Positions 29,219-42,673 of a stretch of 64,000 nucleotides of DNA are shown piece by piece. A program made the position numbers and the translations under genes. Where the stretch lies: assembly GCA_964016885.1 (NCBI GenBank), contig OZ024741.1:385268001-385332000 (forward strand). The letters are read 5' to 3'. Every line of letters begins with the position of its first letter. The first letter of the stretch is position 1. The notes under the pieces were generated by a model that ran no database searches, was not told the DNA's origin, and saw only the letters and a list, made by a program, of their open reading frames with translations. The stretch comes from Eledone cirrhosa. Its lineage: Eukaryota.

Positions 29219-29819
29219 ATATATTTATTGATAATAACAACAATTCAAAATTTCAGGTCCGTTTGGGAACAGAGTTCAAATTGACCAATGAAAATACAAA
29301 AAATTTTATGCAGTTTGGTGTGTGTATATACATGTAATTAACTTCATACACATATTTACATAAAGATATATGTTCACATGCATACGCATGCCAAAAAGAT
29401 GTATGCAAATACAAAAATTCAAGGCTAATGTCTCTGTAAGTCTATAATCCACAGATAAAATGCGTATAGACACATAAATATGAAATAGATGTATACACAC
29501 ATTCATATACTCACACATATTCGTACACTCACACCCACACGCGCGTATATGCATAAACATACACATAACTACGAACATACATACACACACACACCCCCAC
29601 ACACATATACATGTGCATATAGCATTATCATAAGCATATGGACATTAATGCACGCACATAAACACTGCCACACATATTTAGATCAGGATACAGAAATTAG
29701 GTGGGAGGGGGGGAGAGGTCAGTATTCAACGGTTTCGGCAGGCTGCCTATTTATAGATGTATCTATAAACTTAGAAATAAAAAGAAAAGAAAAAGAAAAA
29801 AGAAAAAAGAAATATATCA

Positions 29820-29821
29820 AG

Positions 29822-29869
<48 letters not shown>

Positions 29870-30275
29870 CACACATACACACACACACACATATATATAC
29901 ATATACATATATATATACACATATATAAACACATATATATATACATACACATACATATACACATATATACACACACATATATACACACACATGTATATAT
30001 ATATACACACATATATATACACACACATATATATACAAACAAGTAAAATATAAAGTATACATCGATATACATACATATAGACATATAAATAAATACACAC
30101 GTATACACACACATACATATACATACATATACATACACATATATATAAAAAAACACATACATACACATACATATACATACACATACCATATAAATATACA
30201 TACACATACATAGACGCATACATATAGAGACACATACATATACACATATAAATACATAGACACATACACACATAA

Positions 30276-30318
<43 letters not shown>

Positions 30319-30360
30319 ACACACATATACACATACACGCATACATATATATATATATAT

Positions 30361-30407
<47 letters not shown>

Positions 30408-30475
30408 TACATATATATATACACTCACAACACTCGTATATATATACACACTCATACATATACACACGTATACAT

Positions 30476-30549
<74 letters not shown>

Positions 30550-30677
30550 TCACACCTACATACATATATATATATAAATACACTCATATATATACACACA
30601 TACACATACATACCCACATATAAATATATATATATACATAAATATATATATATATACACACATACACACATACACAT

Positions 30678-30714
<37 letters not shown>

Positions 30715-30715
30715 T

Positions 30716-30756
<41 letters not shown>

Positions 30757-30878
30757 CATACACATACATACACATATACACACATACATATATACTCACA
30801 CACACACACCTACACATACATACACATACACATATATAAAGATATATATACACACACACACACACACATATATAATAA

Positions 30879-30910
<32 letters not shown>

Positions 30911-31221
30911 ACATATACATACATATATACATACATGCATACACATACATACATATATATACACACATATACATACACACATACACTCATACATACATAC
31001 ACACACACATACATACACACACATACATACTCATACATAGACATAGATATATACCCACACACACATACGCACTTACATATACGCATATATACAAATACAT
31101 ACACATCCATATATGCGTATATACATACAAACACCACTACACGCTCACACAACTCAGACATACAAAGAAAAAGGTATATACATATACATATATACACATA
31201 TAAATAGAGATACATATACAC

Positions 31222-31254
<33 letters not shown>

Positions 31255-31356
31255 CCCACACACACGTAGAACCATAAACACACATACAAACACATACATA
31301 CACACATACATACATATATATACACACACACAAAGACACACATACATATATATATC

Positions 31357-31404
<48 letters not shown>

Positions 31405-31674
31405 TATACATACATACACATACACTCACACATATATAGACATGCACACACATACATACATACATACATACACATACACATACATATATATAAAAAAAAA
31501 AAAAAAAAAAAATTAATACACACAGTCAGACAAATATGCACACACATACATATACATATATGTATATATATATATACACACACACACATACACACACACA
31601 CATACATATATATACATACATACATACACACACACATATATATACATACATATACACACATCAATTACAAAAAT

Positions 31675-31714
<40 letters not shown>

Positions 31715-31768
31715 TATACATATTTTCACATATATATATATACATACATATATTATATTATAATAATA

Positions 31769-31807
<39 letters not shown>

Positions 31808-32050
31808 GACATACATATATATACACACACACACACTCACATATATATGCGCACATACGTACACATATACACATACACACATATACACATAGACATATAC
31901 ATGTGCATACATGTACATACACACATATACCCACATAGATACAAAGATACACATATATATAGAGAGACATACATATACATACACATATATACACACACAT
32001 ACATACTCACATACATATATATACATACACATATACACACACATATACAT

Positions 32051-32111
<61 letters not shown>

Positions 32112-32230
32112 TATATACACACAATCATACACCCTTATTAGCATGCGCATATATGTATTTTTATACTTACAAATAAACACCCAAACATATATACACCTAC
32201 CTACATATACATACATACATACACGCTTAC
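29820..32230. repeat. ~2.4-kb degenerate (TA)/(CA)/(TACA) microsatellite inside the PLE 3' region
   Basis: Directly visible; lies between the two arms. Confidence 0.95.
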
Positions 32231-33329
32231 AAATACAAATAATAATAGTAGGGGGGGAGTGGGGGGGGGAGAAGGGGATTATAGTAAATATATGTTTCAA
32301 GAAACATAGAATATTAATCTGTATTTGGATCCCAATATGTGTTTACATAGTTTCAGTATTAGGAAATGCAAGAAAGAAGGCAAAATTATGCATTTCAATA
32401 TAAGTATACCATTAATTATAGGTTAACTAAACTAAAGATAGTTAATATATTGATTTCTAAGGTGTAAATTACTTAGGTTTATAATATTTGAAGCAGAATT
32501 TTGAAGTTAAATAGTAGTAGAGTATTAATTATAGTATAACTAAATTAAAATTATTAACGTTATGGTATCAATATTAGGAAATGAATTTAGTAATAGGGAA
32601 AAAACAAATAAAGTATTACATCGGTAGTAGAATATAAATTATAGATTATAGGTTAACTAAATTAAAAATTATATATTAATTTCTATAGTATATGTTAATT
32701 AGGTATATAATAAATAAAACAGATATTGTATTTTATCAATAGTAGAATATAATTATATGTAAACAGAAATTAAAATTAATACATACACATATACATATAC
32801 ATACATATATATATATACACATATATATACATACATACACATACACATATATACATACATATACATATTTTTTCAAAAATTGCAAAGAATATATTAACTA
32901 GGTATACATCCAAAACCCATCCCATTCTATGATTACATGACTCTCTGCAATCCGTCTGTATTAGGATACTAATTTTAAGCCAATTAAATTAAATTTTTAG
33001 GTTGACCAAATTTAAAACCAAATTATAAATATATTTCTAAAATGTATATTAATTAGGTCTATAATACTAAACATTATTTCTCTGTCATTGAATACACGAT
33101 ATTTTGTTATATTTTATCTGTAAAGGAATTTTAATAAAGGGTTAAATAAATTAAAATTAATCTATAAATTAAATTACTAAGTATATATTAGTAATATTTA
33201 AAGGTTTTTCACAATTTATGATTACACAATATTTTATATTCTCATCTGTAGTAGAATTTTAATTAAATTAAATTTATAGGTTAACTAACATTTAAATTAA
33301 ATTATATATTAATTTCTAAAATAATGTTA

Positions 33330-36002
33330 TTAATTAGGTTTATAATATTTAAATGTTTTTTTTAGTTTATGATTACACAATATAATTAATTCCTGTCGTT
33401 TATTTAATAGGATATCCTTAGATTTCATTATTTCAAATAGTTCTTGGGAACATAATCTACATTCATTTCTATTATTTTGATAAGGGGTGGCTCTTTTGAG
33501 CACACTCCAGGTCAAATCATATTCTATATTCTTATTTTTATAACTATTGATTTTTTCTGCTAGAGATGTTGTATTAGCCAGTGCGGCATTTTTAAAACTA
33601 TGTTTGTGGGTATTAAACCTTGTCTTAAAATTGTTAGAAGTAGCTCCTATATATGAGCAAATAGAATCTTTAGTTTTAACATTACATTTATAAACTATGT
33701 TGTTAACAAGACAATTTCCTTTTAATGGGCAGTTTGCTTTGTTTCTACAGTTACAACCTTTCGTTAATTCTGTATTTGAGGAGATATTATGGTTAGTTTG
33801 ATGTATTGGTGGTATACTTATGGTTTTCTTACATTTATATGCATTATAGGCACTTATATTTTGTTTTATGTTATTTGTTGTTGAGTATGAGAATTTAACT
33901 GTAGACCTATTTAAGATTTGATGGTATTTGTGGTTTGGCGGGAAGTTTTTCTCTAGGATATCAAAAAATTTTTTAGCAATATTATCCTTAATTTGTAAAT
34001 TAAATGGAGCATTATACCAAGTAACCCGTCTATTACGGTTTCTATGTTGTTTATTATTTTTATTATTTTTATAGGTTGTATCGTGATGTTTACTAGGAGG
34101 ATTAATGTTAATGATCTCACCACAACCATTTTTAGTTATATTTGTAGATTTAGGTGTTTTATCTTTTTTATTAGGAGTTTTATTATTAATATTTATTAGA
34201 GTTGTATGATGAGTAGTTTTTTGAGAGTTACTATATTTTATATTAGAAGATTTGGTATTTTGGGGTATAGTGTGGGTGGCATTTAGGTGTGTACTTTTCA
34301 TTTGGTGTTTGTTGGTAATATTAGGTTGTATGTTTTTAGTATTTTTAGTAGAAGGTATATATTCTAATCTATTTTTGTGGCCACTTCTATCTAGAGCTTC
34401 GTTATAGAAGGTCGCATTTTTATCAAATACATCTTGGTTAGAAGAAAGGTTAGAAATTCTAAGTGATATATTATATGCAAGGTTTTTAAGGATAGATTTA
34501 GGGTGATTAGATTGTGAGTGTATGTAATGTAAGTTTTGGTTGGGTTTATGGTAAGGTTGGTAGATACCCGTAGCTAAGTCTAAAGTTATATCTAGGAAAT
34601 TTACTACTTTACTTGTTTTTTCAAAAGTAATATGAAGACTATAATAGTCTTTAAGGAAAGTTCTAATATGCTTTTTGTTTTTTTCTATTTCTGAAAGGCT
34701 AAGGTTGTTGGAAAGAAGAAGACAGTCATCACGATATAAACCACCTTTAAGGTGGGGAAAGGAGGCATTTATGTTGAAAAGGAGAAAGAGGCCCACAAGA
34801 TCAGTAATTTGGGCGGAATCGCTTGAACCCATAGTAATATCAAATAGATTACTATATGTGTTTCTGGTCCAGTATTCATTCTGAAATTCAATAAGTGTTA
34901 GTCTAGCATGTGTAATAATATTAATGTCATCCAAAGTTAAGTTAGATCTATTTTTAGCAAATATCAATGCTTTGTTCAGGAGTATAGGTGATATAGAAGA
35001 ATAGTAATTATCTATATCAAATTGTAGAAATGAAGCAGAAGATTTACATCTAATATTTTTAAACCAGTTAATTACCTGGGAAGTGTTTTCCCAGAGTGGT
35101 AAAATAACGTGTTTTCTTATTTGTGGGATGACTCTATCCAAAATTTTTTTGCTAATTATTCCAATATCTGATTTGGAGGGACATATAAGTCTTATAGAAG
35201 GATTTGAGTTAAAGTTTGATTTATGATCCTTCAGGTTGAAGTGTGGTCTTTTCAATGCCAAAGGTTCAGTTCTATCTTCAATGTTTAGTTTTTTTACTAT
35301 GTTGTGTGTTTTGTTGTTGATGTTGGTGAGTGACGCATTATTAGATTTTTTATAATTTTTCCTGAGTTCTTTATATATGAACTCATTATAATCTTCAATA
35401 TCCATGTGATACAAGTTACCAGTTTTGTCCGAGTGGACGTGGATTTTTTTAGACTTTTTTAGGTCCAATAGGGTAGAATCAAGGTCCTTTTGAAAGACGG
35501 ATTTATACTTTTTAAATTTGAGGTGTTTAATTAAATTAAAAAGGTCTTTCTCAAAGTCTTCAAGTAAAGAGTTGTGTGGTGGATTCTTGTAAGTATTGAA
35601 ATCATACATATATTTCCCATCTGCATATTTAGATTTTTTATCGAAGTGGTAGGCCCTCCATCTAACCCTTCGATATATTTCTTTTTTCTTTTTTCTTTTT
35701 CTTTTCTTTTTATTTTTAAGTTTATAGATACATCTATAAATAGGCAGCCTGCCGAAACCGTTGAATACTGACCTCTCCCCCCCCTCCCACCTAATTTCTG
35801 TATCCTGATCTAAATATGTGTGGCAGTGTTTATGTGCGTGCATTAATGTCCATATGCTTATGATAATGCTATATGCACATATATATGTGTGTGGGGGTGT
35901 GTGTGTGTATGTATGTTCGTAGTTATGTGTATGTTTATGCATATACGCGCGTGTGGGTGTGAGTGTACGAATATGTGTGAGTATATGAATGTGTGTATAC
36001 AT
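33330..36002 (-). CDS. PLE reverse transcriptase + C-terminal GIY-YIG endonuclease (Hydra-clade-like); conserved part begins ~35672
   Basis: Stop-free 890 codons; DKTGN, FLQFDIDNYY, ITMGSSDS, LYRDD, NFLDITL, CNCx5CPLKGNC, NIVY..YIG..FKTRF..H. First ~110 codons are the antisense of the inverted arm. Confidence 0.93.
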   Translation of the reverse strand: MYTHIHILTHIRTLTPTRAYMHKHTHNYEHTYTHTPPHTYICAYSIIISIWTLMHAHKHCHTYLDQDTEIRWEGGERSVFNGFGRLPIYRCIYKLKNKKKRKRKKKKEIYRRVRWRAYHFDKKSKYADGKYMYDFNTYKNPPHNSLLEDFEKDLFNLIKHLKFKKYKSVFQKDLDSTLLDLKKSKKIHVHSDKTGNLYHMDIEDYNEFIYKELRKNYKKSNNASLTNINNKTHNIVKKLNIEDRTEPLALKRPHFNLKDHKSNFNSNPSIRLICPSKSDIGIISKKILDRVIPQIRKHVILPLWENTSQVINWFKNIRCKSSASFLQFDIDNYYSSISPILLNKALIFAKNRSNLTLDDINIITHARLTLIEFQNEYWTRNTYSNLFDITMGSSDSAQITDLVGLFLLFNINASFPHLKGGLYRDDCLLLSNNLSLSEIEKNKKHIRTFLKDYYSLHITFEKTSKVVNFLDITLDLATGIYQPYHKPNQNLHYIHSQSNHPKSILKNLAYNISLRISNLSSNQDVFDKNATFYNEALDRSGHKNRLEYIPSTKNTKNIQPNITNKHQMKSTHLNATHTIPQNTKSSNIKYSNSQKTTHHTTLININNKTPNKKDKTPKSTNITKNGCGEIININPPSKHHDTTYKNNKNNKQHRNRNRRVTWYNAPFNLQIKDNIAKKFFDILEKNFPPNHKYHQILNRSTVKFSYSTTNNIKQNISAYNAYKCKKTISIPPIHQTNHNISSNTELTKGCNCRNKANCPLKGNCLVNNIVYKCNVKTKDSICSYIGATSNNFKTRFNTHKHSFKNAALANTTSLAEKINSYKNKNIEYDLTWSVLKRATPYQNNRNECRLCSQELFEIMKSKDILLNKRQELIILCNHKLKKTFKYYKPN

Positions 36003-36272
36003 CTATTTCATATTTATGTGTCTATACGCATTTTATCTGTGGATTATAGACTTACAGAGACATTAGCCTTGAATTTTTGTATTTGCATACATCTTTTTGG
36101 CATGCGTATGCATGTGAACATATATCTTTATGTAAATATGTGTATGAAGTTAATTACATGTATATACACACACCAAACTGCATAAAATTTTTTGTATTTT
36201 CATTGGTCAATTTGAACTCTGTTCCCAAACGGACCTGAAATTTTGAATTGTTGTTATTATCAATAAATATAT

Positions 36273-36427
36273 TTCATTATTTCTGAAGACGGCATATATA
36301 TGTGTTGGGTATGTATATTTAATTTTGATAGTTTGTATAATTTTGTATAATTTTGTACATAGATCTGTTGAATATGCATGCCAATTCTAACACATATATA
36401 TCCTAGAAACGATCGTTAAATAATGAA
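36273..36427 (+). ncRNA. Mirror copy of the hammerhead in the inverted 5' arm
   Basis: CTGAAGA 36283-36289, GAAA 36406-36409, predicted cleavage after 36417. Confidence 0.7.
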
Positions 36428-36481
36428 CTTTTTTTGTTTAATATAAGGAACTGTTTCATTGTTTTATTCATCTTTTTTTTA

Positions 36482-36558
<77 letters not shown>

Positions 36559-36567
36559 GTGTGTGTA

Positions 36568-36730
<163 letters not shown>

Positions 36731-36830
36731 ATATATGCATGTATATATATATATATATATATATTTCGTTTCTGAATTTGTTTAGCAAGATTCTTTATCT
36801 GAAATCGTGTGTTGAAACCGATATTGTTAT

Positions 36831-36877
36831 ACACGCACCAGTTGCTTTCACTTTCAGTGAAAGCAACTGGTGCGTGT
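36831..36877. repeat. Perfect 22-bp hairpin with a 3-nt loop
   Basis: acacgcaccagttgctttcact-ttc-agtgaaagcaactggtgcgtgt. Confidence 0.95.
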
Positions 36878-36911
36878 GTTTCTTATTGGCAACATGACCC
36901 TCCCAAAGTAT

Positions 36912-36947
<36 letters not shown>

Positions 36948-37355
36948 TCATCATCATCCACATCATCATCATCGTTTAACGTCTATCTTCCATGCTAGCA
37001 TTGGTTTAGACGGGAATTGTCCCTCTAGGCAAGATTGGATGTCTTGCTCGTATAGGACTGCCTGGCGGGTTTTCTATGGCTGGATGCCCTTCCTAACACC
37101 AACCGAGTTTACAGTGTGGACTGGGAGGTTTTTACCGTCTTACCTACACGGCCACATTACAGCGTCGACTGTGTGTTTTTTTGTCATGACACCTACACAA
37201 CCTCATTTATTTAGGACTGGATGTTGTGGTACCAACATAACTTTACAGAGAAAGGTGTGGTGTTGATGGGGGTGGGGGGAGTTGGTAGAGTGGGAGGGGC
37301 GTGTATATTTGATTAAGAGGTGCCTACTGACTGTAGGTTTTGCTTTGTACTTAGG

Positions 37356-37448
<93 letters not shown>

Positions 37449-37488
37449 TTCAAAATATTAACAAAATAGATATTCCTGTGATCAAGTA

Positions 37489-37555
37489 TATTTTATTATA
37501 CATATTTCAGAGGTACTGAGTTAACTTCAACAGTACGTCCTCATCAGATAAAATA
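37489..37555 (-). ncRNA. Type I hammerhead ribozyme candidate
   Basis: tattttat-CUGAUGA-ggacgtactg..cagtacctct-GAAA-tatgta-UA-ataaaata; 8-bp stem I; ends ~50 nt from (TA)n. Confidence 0.7.
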
Positions 37556-37807
37556 AGATGATGCATGACATACCCTGACATAGTACCCACACACACATTC
37601 ACATATATCTATGTCATTTTACTCTTTTACTGGTTTTAGACTACATATGGGAAGGTGCTTACACACACATATACATACATTTGCATATGCACATCTATGG
37701 ATATACACATACATGAGGGAGTAGGGTTAGAAACCATGACCTTGGGGCTGGAAAGCAAACCTATTATTGTAGCATACAGGACTGATATAGGAAATACAAT
37801 GTGTGTA

Positions 37808-40140
37808 TATAATAATAATAATGAAAATATTGTGTACAGTGCTCAGGTGCACTACAACTCATCAAAAGTGTATGTATAGTACATAGGGCAATGTACAAAC
37901 GCCAGGAAAATGAACAGTGCATGAGTCATGATATACACATGTGTGCATGTATGGAAGGGGGACATCAGGTGTAGTTTTGGCGAATTTCGGGAAGCATGAG
38001 GGTTTTAAAGGATGCAGTGTCTTGGCAGCTATCAACTGACGCAGGCAGTTTGTTCCATGCTTCAGCAACTCTAAGCGTGAAAAAATGTTTCCGAAAGTCA
38101 TGGGAGCTGTGTTGTTTTCTGACTTTGTAGGCATGTCCACGTGTGTTAGACACATGGAGATTAAAAAGGTACTCAGGGTTGTTGTTGGCGAGATGGTTAA
38201 TAACTTTGTGGGTGTTTACCAAGTCCATTGCCAGACGTCGGAGCTTCAATGAATCCATGTCCAGGGAAGCAAGGCGTTCAGAGTATGGTAGGTGTCTGAT
38301 GGAGGGTATGCGCTTGGTTGCACGTCTCTGAACAGTTTCCAGGAGGTCAATGTTCTGAGCAAGATAGGGGTTCCAGACTGATGATGCGAATTCCAAGTGT
38401 GGTCGTACCATAGCTGTATACAGCTTTAAATAGATGACTGGAGAGCGGCTAACAAAGGTCTTGCTGAGTGATGCCAAGACACCCTCGGCCTTCTTGACAA
38501 TTTTAGAGATGTGCTTTGTCCAACGCAAATCACTGCTGACAGTAATACCCAGGGCACGTTCACAAGAGGACTTCTTGATTTCAGTGTTGTGGAGGGAGTA
38601 GGTGGACGCTGGATTTTTCCTCCCAAAATGCATGGTGGTACACTTGTCCACAGCCAGCTTCAGTTGCCAGTCTGTGATCCATTGCTGCATTGTGTCCAGG
38701 TCTGATTGTAGGAAAGAGTTATAGATTTCAGGATCTGTCCTTTTGATTTCAAGGTACAGCTTGATGTCATCTGCATATTTCAGTACTGTGGCATTCTTTA
38801 AGTTGGCATCTATGTCATTAATGTATGCAACAAACAAAAAGGGACCAAGAAAAGATCCCTGTGGTACACCAGATGACATCTCATATGGTGAAGAATGCTG
38901 TCCTAGAACTGTGACTACCTCTTTTCGGCTGAGAATGAAGGATTTCAAGCAGTTAAAAAGATCATCCTTCACACCCATTGCAGAGAGTTTTGCTATAAAT
39001 CTTTTGTGTGGCACAGAATTAAAAGCCTTAGCAAAGTCAAGGTACACAACATCCACCCATGAGCTGCTGTCAGTGATCCGGGTAATGTCTTCAAGGAACT
39101 CGATAAGCTGATCACAGCAGCTGGAGTTAGGGATAAATCCAAATTGCGAGGGCCGGATGAGGCTATAGAGAGCTCCAGAAGTTCCAAAGTGCTTCTCTGA
39201 CACAGGATTCCATCAGTTTGGCAATACAGCTAGTAAGACTGACTGGACGATAGTTGACAGGTGACGTGCGGTCGCCCTTTTTGAACCGGGGAATGACACT
39301 GCCAGTTTTCCACTGCTCCGGAGTAGCACCATTGTTGAGACAGTATTGAAAGAAGAAAGAAAGCTGGTGCAAAAGGAAGTACCCGCCACGTTTGAGAAGC
39401 AGATATGTAACACCATCAAGACCAGGGTAGGCATAGTTGCGCTTATTCTTAAGGTGACATCGCAGCATTGCAGGTGTAAATTCCATAGTTGTTATGGAAT
39501 TTGATGTTAGAGATGGTGGAGATGGTACATTCTGGTTTTCAACAGTAAAAATGCTTGCATAGCACTCAGCAATGAGTTCTGCGCATTCTTTGGGATCGTC
39601 AGTGCTCTGGCTTGTGTGGAGATTGTGAAGAGGACCAACTTGAGAGTGAGGTCTCTGCTTTGAATGTACACATTTCCAGAACATCTTACTGTCAGGATTG
39701 GTTGCTATGCACTGTTCAAATTCAAGCACTGTCTTTTTTGTCACTTGCTTGAGATAGTTGGAAGATTTATTCCGCTTTTTTCTGTTGGCATCTGATTTCT
39801 GCAGTTTATATTCCCGTTCAGCATTCCAACATTCTTTCCTGGCAAGTCGGACCACTGAAGTTTGCCAAGTTGCACATTTGGGGTGGGGGTTTTTCCGCTT
39901 ACGTGGCACTGATGCTGCACACACTATCCATATTGAGTCCAGGATGCTCTGGAGTATATATAGTGTTCAAATCACCAGAGTTATAGAACTCATGCCCGTT
40001 TGGGCGCTGTAGCTCAGTGCAGTACAAGTTCCAATCAAAGCAAGCAGATTGGAGATGGTTCTGGTTTTTGTTGCTGCCCACAAGAGCCAGATTGGCAATG
40101 ATCATAGCATGATCAGAGTCGCCTAGAGGTTCCTCAGTAG
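37808..40140 (-). mobile_element. 5'-truncated, frameshifted CR1-group LINE (end of APE + RT)
   Basis: PLGDSDH, NYRPVSLTS, YLDFAKAF, GVPQGS, YADD, RPHLEF..VWNP, TRGH, AWNKLP; (ATT)n tail. Confidence 0.9.
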
Positions 40141-41428
40141 TATGCATGTCTATGCTTATGTGTATAAATTTTAAAGAGCTACAGACAGAGACAAATATAT
40201 AAATAAATATACAAACACACATAGCATATTAATATTGATTTTTTTTTTTAGTGAAGATCTGTGGCATAGGGGTTAGGGTGTTGGACTAATAATCATAGGG
40301 TCATGTGTTAGATTCCCAAACTAAGTGGCACATTGTGTTCTTGAGCAAGTCAATTCAATTCACATTGCTTTTATAGATAAAACTGGGGCCCTATCATTAA
40401 CCCTTTCAATACCAGAATTTGGAAGGGTTTATTAAAATCATTTCAACCATTAAGGTGATATTTCTAATATAAAATAGATTTTTATATAAAATTATGTTGG
40501 AAAATTTAAATTTAAATCGAAACCCTTTAAAATGAGTGGATTTGTTTCCATAGAAGCAGAGGTGGTTTGGGGCAGATTGGCATCAAAAGCATTAAAACAC
40601 CCAAGAAACCTCCTTCAGGATACAATCTCATTGCTAATTCTGTATAGGTGTGAGCAGTAAATTTCAATTTCACTTTTAAATTTCAAATGTTTTTTATTAT
40701 CTTTCTTTCATATATTTACATTTAGTTGTAGCTCAGCCAATTTCTCTCCTCCTCCTCCTCCTCCTCCCCCTCCTATCTTCTTCTTCCCCATACACAACAC
40801 AAGTAATTAGATATGGTTTCTTATTATATAGATCTATAGAAATTATATTCTCTTAGTAGATTTAGTTTAAGTGAACTGGGATTGTGATTTAATTTAAATT
40901 TAACTCATTCTAACTGTGGGGTATGTAAGAAAAACAAAAATAATGTTAAAAAGGAAAGAAAACGAAATATAATGTAAAATAAAAAATAAATTCAATAAAA
41001 ATGATAAATAAATAAATAAATAAATGAAATGATGCAAGATGAAAAATAATACATATAGGAATGCAATGGCTTTACCAGCTGGGGGTTATGCCAAAACAGT
41101 TAGTTGGAGCCAAAACACTCCTTTGCCTCAAAATACCCATACTGACTTGGATAATGCATCAGTCCCAAAGCAGGAAGGAATTCCAAATGTGGCATAAAAA
41201 TGTATTACACATGTAATCCAAATGGGATTAGGAACCAAAAATAATGGCACTCTAAAATTTATAAATGTTTTTACAAGTAAATAAAAAGGGTCAACAATCT
41301 AACACCTGCTCAAGCAGGATTATGCCTAAAATATGTAGGGAGCTCCATATGGCATATCATTAGATGAACAGACATGTAATGGACATGGATGATGATCGTT
41401 GGTTGAAGAAGTGCCAGGAAATTCCAGT

Positions 41429-42673
41429 GGTAGGAAGCCAAAGTGAGAGGTAGACCAAGGAAAACCTAGGCGGAGGTGGTGGGAGCTGATTTCAGATCAC
41501 TGACATGGTAGGCAGCCACAGTGAGAAGTAGACCAAGGAAAACCTAGGCGGAGGTGGTGGGAGTTGATCTCAGATCACTGAGATGGTAGGAAACCACAGT
41601 GAGAAGTAGACCAAGAAAAACCTAGGCGGAGGTGGTGGGAGCTGATCTCAGATCACTGACATGGTAGGCAGCCACAGTGAGAGGTAGACCAAGGAAAACC
41701 TAGGCGGAGGTGGTGGGAGCTGATTTCAGATCACTGACATGGTAGGCAGCCACAGTGAGAAGTAGACCAAGGAAAACCTAGGCGGAGGTGGTGGGAGTTG
41801 ATCTCAGATCACTGAGATGGTAGGAAACCACAGTGAGAAGTAGACCAAGAAAAACCTAGGCGGAGGTGGTGGGAGCTGATCTCAGATCACTGACATGGTA
41901 GGCAGCCACAGTGAGAGGTAGACCAAGGAAAACCTAGGCGGAGGTGGTGGGAGCTGATCTCAGATCACTGACATGGTAAGCAGCCACAGTGAGAGGTAGA
42001 CCAAGGAAAACCTAGGCAGAGGTGGTGGGAGTTGATTTCAGATCACTGACATGGTAGGCAGCCACAGTGAGAGGTAGACCAAGGAAAACCTAGGCAGAGG
42101 TGGTGGGAGCTGATCTCAGATCACTGACATGGTAGGCAGCCACAGTGAGAGGTAGACCAAGGAAAACCTAGGCGGAGGTGGTGGGAGCTGATCTCAGATC
42201 ACTGAGATGGTAGGCAGCCACAGTGAGAGGTAGACCAAGGAAAACCTAGGCAGAGGTGGTGAGAGTTGATTTCAGATCACTGACATGGTAAGCAGCCACA
42301 GTGAGAGGTAGACCAAGGAAAACCTAGGCAGAGGTGGTGGGAGCTGATCTCAGATCACTGACATGGTAGGCAGCCACAGTGAGAGGTAGACCAAGGAAAA
42401 CCTAGGCAGAGGTGGTGGGAGCTGATCTCAGATCACTGACATGGTAGGCAGCCACAGTGAGAGGTAGACCAAGGAAAACCTAGGCAGAGGTGGTGAGAGT
42501 TGATTTCAGATCACTGACATGGTAGGCAGCCACAGTGAGAGGTAGACCAAGGAAAACCTAGGCAGAGGTGGTGGGAGCTGATCTCAGATCACTGACATGG
42601 TAGGCAGCCACAGTGAGAGGTAGACCAAGGAAAACCTAGGCGGAGGTGGTGAGAGTTGATTTCAGATCACTGA
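41429..42673 (+). repeat. 78-bp minisatellite, ~16 copies, derived from an RTE ORF C-terminus
   Basis: aaaacctagg recurs at 41461, 41539, 41617...; unit and flanks read DRWLKKCQEI..RGRPRKT*AEVVGADLRSL..RLTEEMT. Confidence 0.9.

Larger units (their letters stand above)
29001..36490 (-). mobile_element. Young PLE insertion with an inverted pseudo-LTR (arms 29001-29817 and ~35673-36490)
   Basis: Arms differ at only about three positions that I could see; they enclose the RT-EN ORF and a ~3.5-kb AT/microsatellite-rich 3' region; (TA)n lies beyond both ends. Confidence 0.9.

Noticed and set aside
29489-30046. Independent gene matching the PLE N-terminus
   Set aside because: It is the antisense reading of the terminal arm running into microsatellite.
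33330-36002. Naiad-type selenoprotein PLE or a TIR DNA transposon
   Set aside because: The endonuclease is C-terminal, there is no in-frame TGA, and the protein is RT/GIY-YIG rather than a DDE transposase.
41429-42673. CRISPR-like array
   Set aside because: No unique spacers; a pure tandem repeat in a eukaryotic context.
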